From: Thermomicrobiales bacterium
GTDB taxonomy: Bacteria > Chloroflexota > Chloroflexia > Thermomicrobiales > CFX8
NCBI GenBank assembly: GCA_041751795.1
Contig: JBGSWU010000181.1
Location: 4,835-68,834, forward strand
Length of the DNA stretch: 64,000 nt
Direction: 5' to 3'
The position numbers were made by a program, and so were the translations under genes. The notes below the pieces were generated by a model. The model made no database searches. It was not told the origin of the DNA and worked only from the letters and a program-made list of their open reading frames with translations. Shown here piece by piece: positions 26,359 to 36,505 of this stretch (its first letter is position 1; each line of letters opens with the position of its first letter).

Positions 26359-29238
26359 ATGCCCATCGACCGAATCGTCGTCCGCGGCGCCCGCGAGCAC
26401 AATCTCAAGAATATCGACGTCGAAATTCCACGCGACAAAATGGTCGTACTAACTGGTCTATCTGGTTCCGGCAAGTCGTCGCTCGCATTTGACACGATTT
26501 ACGCAGAGGGCCAGCGAAGGTACGTCGAATCCCTTTCGGCCTACGCGCGTCAGTTCCTTGGCCAAATGGAAAAGCCAGACGTCGATCAGATCGACGGCCT
26601 TTCGCCCGCGATCTCAATCGACCAGAAGGGGTCGAGTCGCAATCCGCGATCGACCGTCGGGACAGTCACCGAAATCTACGATCATCTTCGACTGTTGTAT
26701 GCGAGGATCGGACATCCGCACTGCCCGACCTGCGGTCGAGAGATTTCACGCCAGTCGCCCCAGTTGATGGCTGAGCAGGTCCTTGGCTATGAGGACGGCA
26801 CGCGCATCCTCGTTCTCGGCCCGGTCATTCGCGACCGAAAGGGCGAGCATCTGGGTATCTTCGACCAGATCCGGAAGTCTGGCTTCGTCAGGGTGCGCGT
26901 CGACGGCGAACTCCGAGAACTTGACGAGCAGTTCACATTGGCAAAGACGAAAAAGCACACGATCGAGGTCGTCGTCGACCGACTCGTCATCCGCAATGAG
27001 TCGCCCGAAGATCACGACGCATTGCGCATTCGACTCATCGATTCGCTTGAAACAGCATTGAAGCTCGGCGGTGGATACATCACCGTGCAGGTCGTTGATG
27101 GTCCGGAGATCATGTTCTCCGAACACTACGCTTGCCCACTCGGACACGGATCGATTGGTGAAATCGAACCCCGTTCTTTCTCGTTCAACAGTCCACACGG
27201 GGCCTGCCCAGCGTGTCACGGCCTCGGCATCGCCATGGAGTTCGACCCTGAGATGGTGGTCGCTGACTCGTCGCTTTCGATCGAGGGTGGCGCAATCACA
27301 CCTTGGTCACGTCCAGGACGTGAGGGCAATGTCTGGTATGGAGCGATGCTGGCTGCGGTTGCCGAGCGCTTCGAAATCCCGGTGGATGTTCCTTTCCGCG
27401 AGCTGACCGACGAACAACGCACGATCATTCTGCACGGGAAGGGTTCGCCGACGGTCACTGTCCGCTACACGTCGCGCATCGGAAGACGAAGACAGTACAC
27501 CGTCAAATATGAGGGTGTCATTCCATTCCTGAAGCGACGGCTGGAGCAGACATCGTCCGATTACATTCGTGAAGAGATCCAGCAATATATGTCTTCTCGA
27601 CCGTGTCCCGTGTGTAAAGGGGCAAGGCTCAAACCAGAGATTCTGGCTATTACTGTCGCCGATACATCAATCATCGACGTGACGACGATGTCTATCTCCG
27701 AGGCGCTTGATTTTGCCGAACGTCTCCAAGACGGTTCTCTCACCGACCGAGAGCAGTTGATCGCACGCCAGGTATTGAAGGAAATACGCGAGCGGCTGGG
27801 GTTTCTTGTCGATGTCGGTCTTGAATATCTCACGCTTGACCGAGCGGCCGCGAGTTTGTCGGGCGGAGAAGCGCAACGAATTCGATTGGCTACGCAGATC
27901 GGTAGCCGGTTGATGGGCGTCATGTATGTTCTTGACGAACCATCGATCGGTTTGCACCCGCGTGACAACGCCCGACTGATCCACACACTCCTTTCGCTTC
28001 GCGATATTGGAAACACCCTCCTCGTTGTCGAGCACGACGAGGAAACGATGCGAGCCGCCGACTGGATCATCGATATTGGCCCAGGTGCTGGTGAACTTGG
28101 GGGACACATCGTCGCAGCGGGTACCTTCGACGATATCTACAATCATCCCGATTCAATTACCGGTCAGTACCTGAGCGGTCGGAAAGCAATTCCGATCCCC
28201 GACGAGCGCCGGGCAGGAAACGGTAAGCGGCTTGTTCTGAAGGGCGCAACTGAAAACAATCTGAAGAACGTCACCGCAGAGTTCCCGCTAGGCACCTTCA
28301 TTTGTGTGACGGGTGTATCTGGTTCCGGAAAAAGCACGTTGATCACTGACACGCTCTATCGTCGGCTCGCGCAGATCCTCTACCGGGCACATGACAAGCC
28401 TGGGAAGTTCAGCGACCTGAAGGGTGTTGAGCATATCGACAAGGTCATCGACATCGATCAAAGCCCAATCGGACGCACGCCCCGGTCGAATCCTGCGACC
28501 TATACCGGAGCCTTCACCCACATTCGTGAACTCTTCGCCGCGATGCCTGAAGCTAAAGCACGCGGCTACAAGGCAGGTAGATTCTCATTCAACGTTAAAG
28601 GCGGGCGTTGCGAAGCGTGTTCTGGCGAGGGCATCGTCAAGATTGAGATGAACTTCCTGCCCGATGTTTACGTGCCGTGTGAGGTATGTCACGGAAAGCG
28701 GTATAACCACCAGGCGTTGGAGATCCTCTACAAGGGGAAGTCGATAGCGGACGTCCTTGACATGACGGTTGCCGAAGGCCTCGAATTCTTCGAGAACGTT
28801 CCGAAGATCGCCAACAAGCTGCGGACGTTGAACGATGTCGGTCTGGGGTACATCCATCTTGGCCAACCGGCGACGCAACTGTCCGGAGGCGAGGCGCAGC
28901 GCGTCAAACTGGCAACGGAGCTGAGCAAGCGCGCAACCGGAAAGACGATGTATATCCTCGATGAACCAACGACCGGTCTCCACTTCGCCGACATCGAACG
29001 GCTGCTTGGCGTCCTGCAACGGCTGACGGATGCAGGGAACACGATCCTCGTCATCGAGCACAATCTGGACGTCATCAAGTCAGCAGACTGGATCATCGAC
29101 CTCGGTCCTGAAGGTGGCCATCGGGGCGGGGAGATTGTCGCAATAGGTACTCCTGAACAGATTGCGGAAAATGAACGCTCGTATACCGGCCATGCGCTCC
29201 GGGAGGTTACTCGTGAGCTAGCGATGGCTGCAGACTGA
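26359..29238 (+). CDS. uvrA: Excinuclease ABC subunit A
   Basis: The start is placed at ATG 26359 ([55 protein letters not shown]), which matches the canonical UvrA N-terminus. GGAGA lies 4 nt upstream. Two ABC modules and zinc-finger Cys motifs are present. Confidence 0.95.
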   Translation: MPIDRIVVRGAREHNLKNIDVEIPRDKMVVLTGLSGSGKSSLAFDTIYAEGQRRYVESLSAYARQFLGQMEKPDVDQIDGLSPAISIDQKGSSRNPRSTVGTVTEIYDHLRLLYARIGHPHCPTCGREISRQSPQLMAEQVLGYEDGTRILVLGPVIRDRKGEHLGIFDQIRKSGFVRVRVDGELRELDEQFTLAKTKKHTIEVVVDRLVIRNESPEDHDALRIRLIDSLETALKLGGGYITVQVVDGPEIMFSEHYACPLGHGSIGEIEPRSFSFNSPHGACPACHGLGIAMEFDPEMVVADSSLSIEGGAITPWSRPGREGNVWYGAMLAAVAERFEIPVDVPFRELTDEQRTIILHGKGSPTVTVRYTSRIGRRRQYTVKYEGVIPFLKRRLEQTSSDYIREEIQQYMSSRPCPVCKGARLKPEILAITVADTSIIDVTTMSISEALDFAERLQDGSLTDREQLIARQVLKEIRERLGFLVDVGLEYLTLDRAAASLSGGEAQRIRLATQIGSRLMGVMYVLDEPSIGLHPRDNARLIHTLLSLRDIGNTLLVVEHDEETMRAADWIIDIGPGAGELGGHIVAAGTFDDIYNHPDSITGQYLSGRKAIPIPDERRAGNGKRLVLKGATENNLKNVTAEFPLGTFICVTGVSGSGKSTLITDTLYRRLAQILYRAHDKPGKFSDLKGVEHIDKVIDIDQSPIGRTPRSNPATYTGAFTHIRELFAAMPEAKARGYKAGRFSFNVKGGRCEACSGEGIVKIEMNFLPDVYVPCEVCHGKRYNHQALEILYKGKSIADVLDMTVAEGLEFFENVPKIANKLRTLNDVGLGYIHLGQPATQLSGGEAQRVKLATELSKRATGKTMYILDEPTTGLHFADIERLLGVLQRLTDAGNTILVIEHNLDVIKSADWIIDLGPEGGHRGGEIVAIGTPEQIAENERSYTGHALREVTRELAMAAD

Positions 29239-29349
29239 TGCGTTGACGGTAACGTAACTGGGAATCGCCATGCGTCCGGTAGTGATCCTACGCGCGCAGT
29301 ATTGAAGACTTGATCGTACGAACCGAGCGTCCGATTTCGTGCAGTCTGG

Positions 29350-29379
29350 TTGCGTAGGCGCGTAGCCGCTTGCTATGAT
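29350..29379 (+). promoter_or_regulatory. Candidate promoter for the HNH gene (TTGCGT-18-TATGAT)
   Basis: TTGCGT at 29350..29355, an 18-nt spacer, and TATGAT at 29374..29379. Confidence 0.35.
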
Positions 29380-29449
29380 GAATCAGGTGTCAGCATACCC
29401 GCCGTCCGAGCTATGCGCGCTCAGTGCGAGAGCGGCCTGGAAACGCATC

Positions 29450-30037
29450 ATGACTGAGCCACTGGAGCCCCACCAACGTACGGTCGTCCACCGACCGGTT
29501 CTGGTCCTCAACCAGAACTATGAGCCGCTCAATGTCTGCAACATGAGACGCGCAATGGGTCTCGTGTTCGGTGAAAAGGCAGAGGTGCTGGAGGTCTATC
29601 CTGCGCCGCTATCGAGCGCGACTCGATCATACGACGCTCCGTCGGTCATTCGCTTGATCTACATGATTCGTCGCCCACGCCCCAGGGTGAAACTCACGCG
29701 ACGTGAGATTTTTATCAGGGACGAGTACATGTGTCAGTACTGCGGCATTCGAGGGGGCGATCTGACGATTGATCACATCATTCCCCGCTCCCGAGGCGGA
29801 CAACACACGTGGGAGAACCTTGTTTCGGCGTGTCGCGGCTGTAATCACCGCAAAGGTGGTAAAACCGTCGTCGAAGCACGGATGCGCCTGCGACGAGATC
29901 CCTACGAGCCAAAGGCCGGACTGTATTACGCCATCTCACGTCGTCTGAACGCCGCTGCACACGACAACTGGTCGAAGTTCATTCCGGGATTTGAAGGACT
30001 TCAGGCAACCGCGTCTGTCAGTATTGCAAGCGATTAG
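29450..30037 (+). CDS. HNH endonuclease family protein
   Basis: CQYCG...DHIIPRSRGGQHTWENLVSACRGCNHRKG is an HNH motif. The N-terminal VLVLNQNYEPLNVC pattern is typical of the conserved stand-alone HNH family. Start moved to ATG 29450. Confidence 0.8.
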   Translation: MTEPLEPHQRTVVHRPVLVLNQNYEPLNVCNMRRAMGLVFGEKAEVLEVYPAPLSSATRSYDAPSVIRLIYMIRRPRPRVKLTRREIFIRDEYMCQYCGIRGGDLTIDHIIPRSRGGQHTWENLVSACRGCNHRKGGKTVVEARMRLRRDPYEPKAGLYYAISRRLNAAAHDNWSKFIPGFEGLQATASVSIASD

Positions 30038-30074
30038 CGATCGGCTGACTTGCACCGTTTACAGCCGATCGCGA

Positions 30075-30101
30075 CGCCCTACGGATGTGTAGGGCGTTTT
30101 T
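30075..30101 (+). terminator. Intrinsic terminator after the HNH gene (preceded by a second 11-bp hairpin at 30037..30072)
   Basis: CGCCCTAC-GGATGT-GTAGGGCG followed by TTTTT. Confidence 0.75.
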
Positions 30102-30272
30102 GTTGCCTACAATCTATCGTGCAGGAAAGAGTTGAGATTGATGTTGATGACACGACGAACGGAAGCGCTGCAGGGAACGTGCGGCGGAGTATCCAGAAGT
30201 ACAGGGATGTAACGAAGCGCAATGCAACGACATGATGACGACTGACATTCAACAGGTGATGGGAGACGCTCG

Positions 30273-31544
30273 ATGTTAGATCTGCGATTGATTCGGGATC
30301 AACCGGACTTTGTAAAGGCCGAGATTGCCAAACTGCACACAACTGCTCCGATCGACGACATCCTTGCACTCGACGAACGACGCCGTTCGATACTGACAAA
30401 GGTCGAATCGCTGAAAGCGCAACTCAACGTGGGTTCCCGCGAAACCGGTCGGAAAGCTGCTGGACCGGAGCGCGAAGCACACATCGCTGCAATGCGATCA
30501 CTTGGGGACGAGATTTCGAAACTTGACGCTACCGCAGCCGAGGTCGACAAAAGCCTGACGTCGCTTCTTCTTGAGATTCCAAACCTTCCGTCTCCGGATG
30601 CACCCGTCGGGGCGGACGAGTCGGAGAACGTCGTTACAGAATCCTGGGGCGTCCAACGGAAATTCGACTTCATGCCAAAGCCCCACTGGGAAGTGATGGA
30701 GGACCTCGGCATTGTCGACTTTGAGCGCGGAGTCAAGGTGTCAGGCTCACGCTTCTACTTCCTCAAGGGGCATGGGGCTCGACTCCAGCGTGCGCTGATC
30801 ACCTGGATGCTCGATCTCCGTATCGAGCAGGGTTACGAAGAGGTCTACCCACCGTACATCGTCCGTGAAGAAGCGCTGGTCGGAACAGGAAACCTGCCAA
30901 AGTTTGCTGACACCTTGTTCAAGGACCGTGAAGAAGGAATGTGGATGATTCCCACAGCGGAAGTTCCAGTCACGAACATGTACCGCGACGAGATCATCGA
31001 CGGAGCGCTACTGCCGATCAACCACTGCGCCTACTCAGCCTGCTTCCGAAACGAAAAGGCAAGCGCTGGTCGCGACGTTCGTGGCATCAAGCGAGGATTT
31101 CAGTTCGACAAGATCGAGATGGTCAAGTTCGTCGCACCTGAGAACTCGGCTGCCGAACATGCAAAACTGATTAACGACGCTGCCGAAACGCTACGACGTC
31201 TTGAGATTCCATTCCGACATCTCGAAATCTGCACCGGTGATCTGTCGTTCGTCGCGGCACGAAAGGTCGACCTCGAAGCGTGGGCACCAGGTTCAGAAGA
31301 GTGGTACGAGGTCTCGTCGTGCTCCAACTTTCACGATTTCCAGGCCCGCCGCGCAAACATTCGATTCCGCCCATCCGAAGGTGCACGGGTCCAGTTCGTT
31401 CACACGTTGAATGGCTCAGGACTTGGCCTGCCCCGGACACTGGCAGCCGTTATTGAGAACAACCAGCAGGAAGATGGATCGGTCACGATTCCAGGGGTTT
31501 TGCGTCCATATATGGGTGGCCTAACGCAGATTTCGCGCGGTTAG
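30273..31544 (+). CDS. serS: Seryl-tRNA synthetase
   Basis: 423 aa. MLDLRLIRDQPDFVK N-terminal coiled-coil arm and class II motifs (FRNE...AGRDVRGIKRGFQFDKIEM, TLNGSGLGLPRTLAAVIEN). Confidence 0.97.
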   Translation: MLDLRLIRDQPDFVKAEIAKLHTTAPIDDILALDERRRSILTKVESLKAQLNVGSRETGRKAAGPEREAHIAAMRSLGDEISKLDATAAEVDKSLTSLLLEIPNLPSPDAPVGADESENVVTESWGVQRKFDFMPKPHWEVMEDLGIVDFERGVKVSGSRFYFLKGHGARLQRALITWMLDLRIEQGYEEVYPPYIVREEALVGTGNLPKFADTLFKDREEGMWMIPTAEVPVTNMYRDEIIDGALLPINHCAYSACFRNEKASAGRDVRGIKRGFQFDKIEMVKFVAPENSAAEHAKLINDAAETLRRLEIPFRHLEICTGDLSFVAARKVDLEAWAPGSEEWYEVSSCSNFHDFQARRANIRFRPSEGARVQFVHTLNGSGLGLPRTLAAVIENNQQEDGSVTIPGVLRPYMGGLTQISRG

Positions 31545-31598
31545 ATCAGTACTTTCGGCGCGGCACGCGATGCTATACTTGCGTGACCGCGCCACATT

Positions 31599-31681
31599 GG
31601 AGAGGTGGCCGAGCGGTTTAAGGCGGCTGTCTTGAAAACAGTTGAGGGAAACCTCCGGGGGTTCGAATCCCTCCCTCTCCG
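31599..31681 (+). tRNA. tRNA-Ser (anticodon UGA), CCA not encoded
   Basis: Hand-folded. Acceptor GGAGAGG/CCTCTCC, anticodon arm GCTGT-CTTGAAA-ACAGT, a long variable arm, T-loop GGGGG-TTCGAAT-CCCTC, and discriminator G followed by CA. Confidence 0.9.
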
Positions 31682-31694
31682 CAGCATTCGACCT

Positions 31695-31722
31695 GAACGG
31701 CCCCGAATGAACGGGGCCGTTT
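31695..31722 (+). terminator. Hairpin after tRNA-Ser(UGA)
   Basis: GAACGGCCCC-loop-GGGGCCGTTT, with only a short T run after it. Confidence 0.45.
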
Positions 31723-31843
31723 CAATGCCCTATCAACATTGGCTCAGAAATCGATCTGGTAGAATTACCCCTGCGTTTCGTTGTGGATTTGTCGATGCAT
31801 CGTGCGTGCTTCGATACATGCTCACACTGATTCGCTGGCCCCT

Positions 31844-31936
31844 GGGAAGGTGCCAGAGTGGTCGAATGGGGCCGCCTGCTAAGCGGTTGTGGGCTGTTAA
31901 GGTCTACCCAGGGTTCGAATCCCTGCCTTCCCGCCA
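31844..31936 (+). tRNA. tRNA-Ser (anticodon GCU), CCA encoded
   Basis: Hand-folded. Acceptor GGGAAGG/CCTTCCC, anticodon arm GCCGC-CTGCTAA-GCGGT, a long variable arm, T-loop GGTTCGAATCC, and discriminator G plus CCA. Confidence 0.9.
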
Positions 31937-31939
31937 ATC

Positions 31940-31968
31940 AGCGCCGGGCGTTCCAGCCCGGCGCTTTT
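31940..31968 (+). terminator. Intrinsic terminator after tRNA-Ser(GCU)
   Basis: AGCGCCGGGC-GTTCCA-GCCCGGCGCT followed by TTT. Confidence 0.7.
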
Positions 31969-32027
31969 GCGTGCGCGCAAATGGAATCACGGCAGCAACC
32001 GTGCGTTATAGACGGTGAGAGGAGGCT

Positions 32028-32444
32028 GTGATGTCCACAACCTGTCGCAGTCAACGTGAAATTATCCACGAGGCGGTCAATAAGAAGGTCTGGGCAATCA
32101 TCGGTGCGACTGAGAACACCGAGAAGTTCGGCAATCGCATCTACCGGAACTTGAAGCAGGCTGGCTACGAGGTCTACGGCGTTAATCCCAATGCGGAAAC
32201 CGTCGATGGTGATCCTGTGTATCCAAGCCTTGGCGATCTGCCGGTCAAGCCGGACGTCGTCGATGTCGTCGTGCCGTCATGGGTTGGACGTGGTGTCGCC
32301 GACGATGCCGCCCGCGAGGGAATTCAGATATTCTGGCTCCAGCCAGGGGCTGAGAGCAAAGAACTGATCGACTACGCGACGTCGCTGGGGCTCGACGTCA
32401 TCCACGACGCCTGCGCGATGGTCGAAAAGCGACGCTGGGAATAG
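32028..32444 (+). CDS. CoA-binding domain protein (YccU/YneT-like)
   Basis: KVWAIIGATENTEKFGNRIYRNLKQAGYEVYGVNPN pattern. GGAGG upstream of GTG 32028 and ATG 32031. Confidence 0.8.
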   Translation: MMSTTCRSQREIIHEAVNKKVWAIIGATENTEKFGNRIYRNLKQAGYEVYGVNPNAETVDGDPVYPSLGDLPVKPDVVDVVVPSWVGRGVADDAAREGIQIFWLQPGAESKELIDYATSLGLDVIHDACAMVEKRRWE

Positions 32445-32456
32445 CATCACCGGGTT

Positions 32457-32493
32457 CGGTGTGAGAACGAGCAACGCTAGCGTTCTCACACCG
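32457..32493. terminator. Strong hairpin between convergent genes (bidirectional terminator)
   Basis: Perfect 13-bp stem CGGTGTGAGAACG...CGTTCTCACACCG. Confidence 0.7.
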
Positions 32494-32521
32494 CAATGTT
32501 GTGCCTAAATGTTGTTGGGCG

Positions 32522-34024
32522 TTACGGCGCCATGCCGTTTTCGCCAACCTCGTCGATCTGCGCTCGCTGCAGCTTGCCGCTGTAGTCGACGTAGATAGAC
32601 TGCCACTCGGTAAAGACATCCAGCGCAGCCTGTCCAGCTTCGCGGTGACCGTTGCCGGTTGCCTTCGTGCCACCAAACGGAAGTTGAATTTCTGCGCCGA
32701 TTGTCCCAGCGTTGACGTAGAGAATACCTGTGTAGATATCCTGCATCGCCCGAAATGCGCGATTGACATCCCTCGTATAGATCGACGCGGAGAGTCCGTA
32801 CTGGACACCGTTTGCGACATTGATTGCTTCTTCAATGTCGGCCACTGGGATGACAGCGGTGACCGGCCCGAAGATCTCTTCCTGGGCAATCCGCATGTCA
32901 GCCTTCACATTCCCGAAGACCGTCGGTTGGTGGAAGTGCCCTCGGCCAAGATCACCATCGGATGCGATCTGACCACCGACGGCTAATTCAGCACCTTCGT
33001 TTCGGCCGATATCCATGAACGAGTGAATCCGTTCAAGTTGAGAACCACTGACCACCGGACCAACATCGGTTGCGTCGTCGAGACCGTTGCCAAGTACCAT
33101 CTTCCCGGCTCGCTCAGCCAATTTGCCGGTCAACTCGTCTGACAGGCCACGGTGAGCGATTACGCGGCTGGCTGCGGTGCAACGCTGTCCGGATGTGCCA
33201 AACGCGCTCCAGACAATCCCATCGACAGCAAGGTCGATATCCGCGTCGTCCATGACAATGATCGCGTTCTTGCCGCCAAGCTCAAGAGAAACTCGCTTCA
33301 GTGACTTCGCGCCTTCGACACTGATCAGCGTTCCAGTTTCAGTCGAACCGGTAAACGAGATGAGGGAGACGTCTGGATGCTTCAGGAGTGTGTCTCCGGT
33401 GTCTGGGCCACTTCCAAGAACGAGGTTGAGAACGCCCGCTGGCAGACCCGCCTCTTCAAAGATTTCCACCAGTCGAACCGCCATGCGTGGCGTGTACGAG
33501 GCTGGCTTAAAGACAACTGTATTACCGGTGATAAGCGCCGGCATGATCTTCCAGGTCGGAATCGCCAGCGGGAAATTCCACGGAGTGATGGCAGCGACAA
33601 CTCCTAGAGGTTTGCGGACCGACATCGCCCACTTGTTCGGCATCTCGGCCGGGACGGTTTGGCCAGCCATACGGCGCCCCTCACCGGCCATGTAGAAGGC
33701 CATGTCGATGCCTTCCTGGACATCCCCGCGTGCTTCGGCGACCACCTTGCCCATCTCCTCGGTCATCTCTCGGGCAAGTTGCTCCTTGCGTTCGATCAGG
33801 AGCTGGCCGACTTTGAAAAGAATCTCGCCACGCTTCGGAGCCGGATAGAGCCTCCAGCGATTGAATGCCGCCGACGCGGCATCTACAGCTGCAAGCACGT
33901 CTTCCTGGCCACTCTTGGAAAAGGTGCCGATTGTCTCGCCGGTAGCGGGATTCTTTCGGTCGAATTCCTGTCCGCTTTTGGCACCAACCCACTTACCATT
34001 GATGTAGTTCTGAAACTGAGCCAT
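32522..34024 (-). CDS. NAD(P)-dependent aldehyde dehydrogenase
   Basis: Start moved to ATG 34024 (MAQFQNYINGKWV), preceded by GGGAAGGGA. Motifs ITPWNFPL, ELGGKNA, and catalytic Cys in GQRCTAASR. The 78 upstream codons in the track have no ALDH similarity. Confidence 0.9.
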   Translation of the reverse strand: MAQFQNYINGKWVGAKSGQEFDRKNPATGETIGTFSKSGQEDVLAAVDAASAAFNRWRLYPAPKRGEILFKVGQLLIERKEQLAREMTEEMGKVVAEARGDVQEGIDMAFYMAGEGRRMAGQTVPAEMPNKWAMSVRKPLGVVAAITPWNFPLAIPTWKIMPALITGNTVVFKPASYTPRMAVRLVEIFEEAGLPAGVLNLVLGSGPDTGDTLLKHPDVSLISFTGSTETGTLISVEGAKSLKRVSLELGGKNAIIVMDDADIDLAVDGIVWSAFGTSGQRCTAASRVIAHRGLSDELTGKLAERAGKMVLGNGLDDATDVGPVVSGSQLERIHSFMDIGRNEGAELAVGGQIASDGDLGRGHFHQPTVFGNVKADMRIAQEEIFGPVTAVIPVADIEEAINVANGVQYGLSASIYTRDVNRAFRAMQDIYTGILYVNAGTIGAEIQLPFGGTKATGNGHREAGQAALDVFTEWQSIYVDYSGKLQRAQIDEVGENGMAP

Positions 34025-34194
34025 TGACAGATCCCTTCCCAACCAACAGCGCGCCGACTTTGTCAAACTGACAGCGTGCGTGCAAATGTCGCGCGGCAGT
34101 GTAACAGAGCCGGTTCTACGTTCCAATTCCGACGACCTGCCGCTGTTGCTATACTCCACGGTCACGTAGACCGTCGCCTGATTCAACCACGCCG

Positions 34195-34458
34195 GTGCGC
34201 GTAGGGGCCCCAATGCGAAATTCGATCGAGACAAATTCGCCCACTCGTCGCACACCAAACAGCGATAGGGCGATCGCTATTGCGATCGCTTTCTCCATCC
34301 TCATCTGTTTGGCGGCGTTTGCCTGGATCTTCGTCCAATTGGAACCGTTAATGGATGACTTTACGGGCACGGATGTTGTTGTTACTCCGGAAGTCGTCGA
34401 CCCGGGAGCCACTCCTAACGCAGGGGGCGGCAATGTCGATGCGGATGCGGCTCCATAG
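34195..34458 (+). CDS. Possible small single-pass membrane protein
   Basis: 87-aa ORF in an otherwise 526-bp intergenic gap. It has one clear TM helix (AIAIAIAFSILICLAAFAWIFVQL) and coding-like codon usage. A TATACT hexamer at 34150..34155 lies upstream. No family recognised. Confidence 0.3.
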   Translation: MRVGAPMRNSIETNSPTRRTPNSDRAIAIAIAFSILICLAAFAWIFVQLEPLMDDFTGTDVVVTPEVVDPGATPNAGGGNVDADAAP

Positions 34459-34549
34459 TCCGGGGATTCGATCGCACGGCTGGCGCTGATATACTGATCT
34501 GTCAATGATACCGGCGCAACCGTGCCTCCAGCGCCTCGAAAGGAACACC

Positions 34550-35593
34550 ATGCAGAAAGTAACGATCGTCGGGCTTGGCTTGATCGGGTCGTCGATCGGC
34601 CTCGGTCTACGTAACTGGGCCTCGAACGAAGGCAAACGAGCGGCAGTCCTTGAAGTTACCGGCTTCGATCTTGACCTGGACCACCAGAACTACAGCAAGA
34701 AGATCAAAGCTGTTGACCACACCGAGTGGGACCTCACGAAGTCGGTCCGCGACGCAGACCTCGTTGTTCTCGCCGTCCCGCCTCTCGCTGTGCGTGACGT
34801 CATGGAATCAATCGCTCCGCATTTGAAAGAGAATGTCGTCGTCACCGATACAACGTCGACCAAGGTACAGGTCATGGAATGGGCGCAGCAGATCCTGCCA
34901 CGGTCGGCTCATTTTGTCGGCGGCCATCCGATGGCTGGAAAATCTCAGAGCATCGAGGGAGCTGAAGCTGATCTGTTCAAGGACGCTACGTGGTGCATCG
35001 TGCCAGCAGTCCAAGCCGACGAAGCAGCGGTCCAAACCGTCCTCGGCATGGTCAGTGCGCTCGGAGCCGAACCGATGTTCGTCGATGCTCATGAGCACGA
35101 CAGCTTCGTCGGAGGCATCAGCCATCTGCCGTTCGTATTGTCGATTGCATTGATGCGATCAGTCAGTTCTGACCCAGCATGGCGCGACATGAAGTTCCTG
35201 ACGGCAGGAGGCTTTCGGGATGCCTCCCGGCTCGCGGCTGGTAGCCCTGAGATGCACCGTGATATTACCGCGACGAACCGAGAGGCCGTCGCTCGCTGGA
35301 TCGATACCTGCATCGGCGAACTTCAGCACGTGCGCTCACTGGTCGCCGCAAACACCGACGAAGCGGACGAAACGCTGCTCGCTCGGTTCCGGGAAGCGCG
35401 CGACGCCCGAGCAGAATGGGCCACCGCTGAGCGCAGGCAGGGCCAACTCGTCCAGGACACCGAGAGCGAACTATCGAAGTCCAGCGTTGGTGAGCAGATG
35501 GGCCAGATGTTCGTCGGAGGCATGTTCCGTCGAAAACCCCGGATGAATGGATCCTCACGTGATCGCGACAGCCGGGGCCGCGACCGCAGTTAG
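34550..35593 (+). CDS. tyrA: Prephenate dehydrogenase
   Basis: Start moved to ATG 34550 (MQKVTIVGLGLIGSSIGLGL) with AAAGGA upstream. Conserved HPMAG motif. It carries a charged, low-complexity C-terminal tail of about 50 aa. Confidence 0.85.
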   Translation: MQKVTIVGLGLIGSSIGLGLRNWASNEGKRAAVLEVTGFDLDLDHQNYSKKIKAVDHTEWDLTKSVRDADLVVLAVPPLAVRDVMESIAPHLKENVVVTDTTSTKVQVMEWAQQILPRSAHFVGGHPMAGKSQSIEGAEADLFKDATWCIVPAVQADEAAVQTVLGMVSALGAEPMFVDAHEHDSFVGGISHLPFVLSIALMRSVSSDPAWRDMKFLTAGGFRDASRLAAGSPEMHRDITATNREAVARWIDTCIGELQHVRSLVAANTDEADETLLARFREARDARAEWATAERRQGQLVQDTESELSKSSVGEQMGQMFVGGMFRRKPRMNGSSRDRDSRGRDRS

Positions 35594-35609
35594 TTCCAAC
35601 TATCAGTTG

Positions 35610-35639
35610 ACGCCCGCCGATCTAACCGATGGCGGGCGT
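35610..35639. terminator. Hairpin between convergent tyrA and a hypothetical gene
   Basis: ACGCCCGCC-12 nt loop-GGCGGGCGT followed by CTCGTTGTGT. Confidence 0.6.
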
Positions 35640-35682
35640 CTCGTTGTGTCGGCCTTAAAAGAAACCTTGACCTGTACGGGTG

Positions 35683-36330
35683 TTAGGGAACGAGCGCCCA
35701 TTCCTTCGGCAGATCGTAGTGATACAGGATACGGGTCGGTTTGCCGTCAGAACGAATGCGGCCGCGATCGCGTCGCTGGATCTCTTCGTAACTGTTCTGC
35801 ACCTGAATGATGCGCTTCGCCGCGAGATTGATCACGATCAGTCCCCCGCGGCCTGGCTGCGTGCAGGCGCGTCGTGTAACGTCGTTGTACACGCGAAATG
35901 GTGGCCACTCTTCCGGACGTTGTCGTTCGAGTTTCTGGTCAATAGAAACTGTATTCTCACGAACGTTGTGTTCATCGAATACGGCGAGTCCGTTGATGAC
36001 ATCGGTCGCGAAGTGTTCGTCATATGAGCGCGTGTGTTCGAGTAATTCCCGAACGGTGCGCGGCCCCTTGGCACACGCTGCAACGAGCATCTTTATTGCG
36101 TGGCCAGGCCCAGTAAAACTTGTTGTCGAATCGCCATCGGTTACTGTGAATCGGATGAGAGTACCCACGTCGTCCTCGGAACTATCCTGTCTGAAACTCT
36201 TGTCGCTACCGCCGGCGACGTTCGCTGCATCCCCTTCAACGGTACGGCGAAAAACTTTATCATAGCGACCACATTCGACTGGAACACTCAATGGTCCTGA
36301 CCACAACGAAATGACTCCGCGACAACCCAT
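35683..36330 (-). CDS. Hypothetical protein, no recognisable domain
   Basis: 215-aa ORF with coding-like codon usage. No SD is visible at the annotated ATG, so the start is uncertain. I recognise no family or motif. Confidence 0.5.
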   Translation of the reverse strand: MGCRGVISLWSGPLSVPVECGRYDKVFRRTVEGDAANVAGGSDKSFRQDSSEDDVGTLIRFTVTDGDSTTSFTGPGHAIKMLVAACAKGPRTVRELLEHTRSYDEHFATDVINGLAVFDEHNVRENTVSIDQKLERQRPEEWPPFRVYNDVTRRACTQPGRGGLIVINLAAKRIIQVQNSYEEIQRRDRGRIRSDGKPTRILYHYDLPKEWALVP

Positions 36331-36505
36331 TGGAGAGCGCAGTTGAGCGGGTCGTGTCGTACACTAGTCACCAGTCAATCAGGATGAAATTTCGTCCAAC
36401 CGATTGGCCATGTCATCAACGTTGTCACTTTCGCGTTACCACCACTCTCCGCCGCCCGTGCGCTCTGCTACTGACTCGCTCCGCTAGCAGCGGGAGGAAC
36501 CGAAG

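Noticed and set aside
29450-30037. The HNH endonuclease as a marker of a mobile element, homing endonuclease or restriction system.
   Set aside because: It is a stand-alone gene with its own promoter and terminator between uvrA and serS. There is no methyltransferase, intron/intein context, integrase, repeats or compositional shift. It matches the widespread conserved chromosomal HNH family.
30102-30272. Possible T-box leader upstream of serS. AGUA-like and GA-rich segments are present.
   Set aside because: There is no GGUGGUACCGCG-type T-box sequence and no terminator/antiterminator pair before the ATG, and the leader is short (about 170 nt).
34272-34291. Two GCGATCGC (HIP1-like) palindromes as a hint of cyanobacterial origin.
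   Set aside because: By eye I see only a few other GCGATCGC copies in 64 kb. The large Alu-domain SRP RNA, the T-box and the gene content do not fit cyanobacteria.
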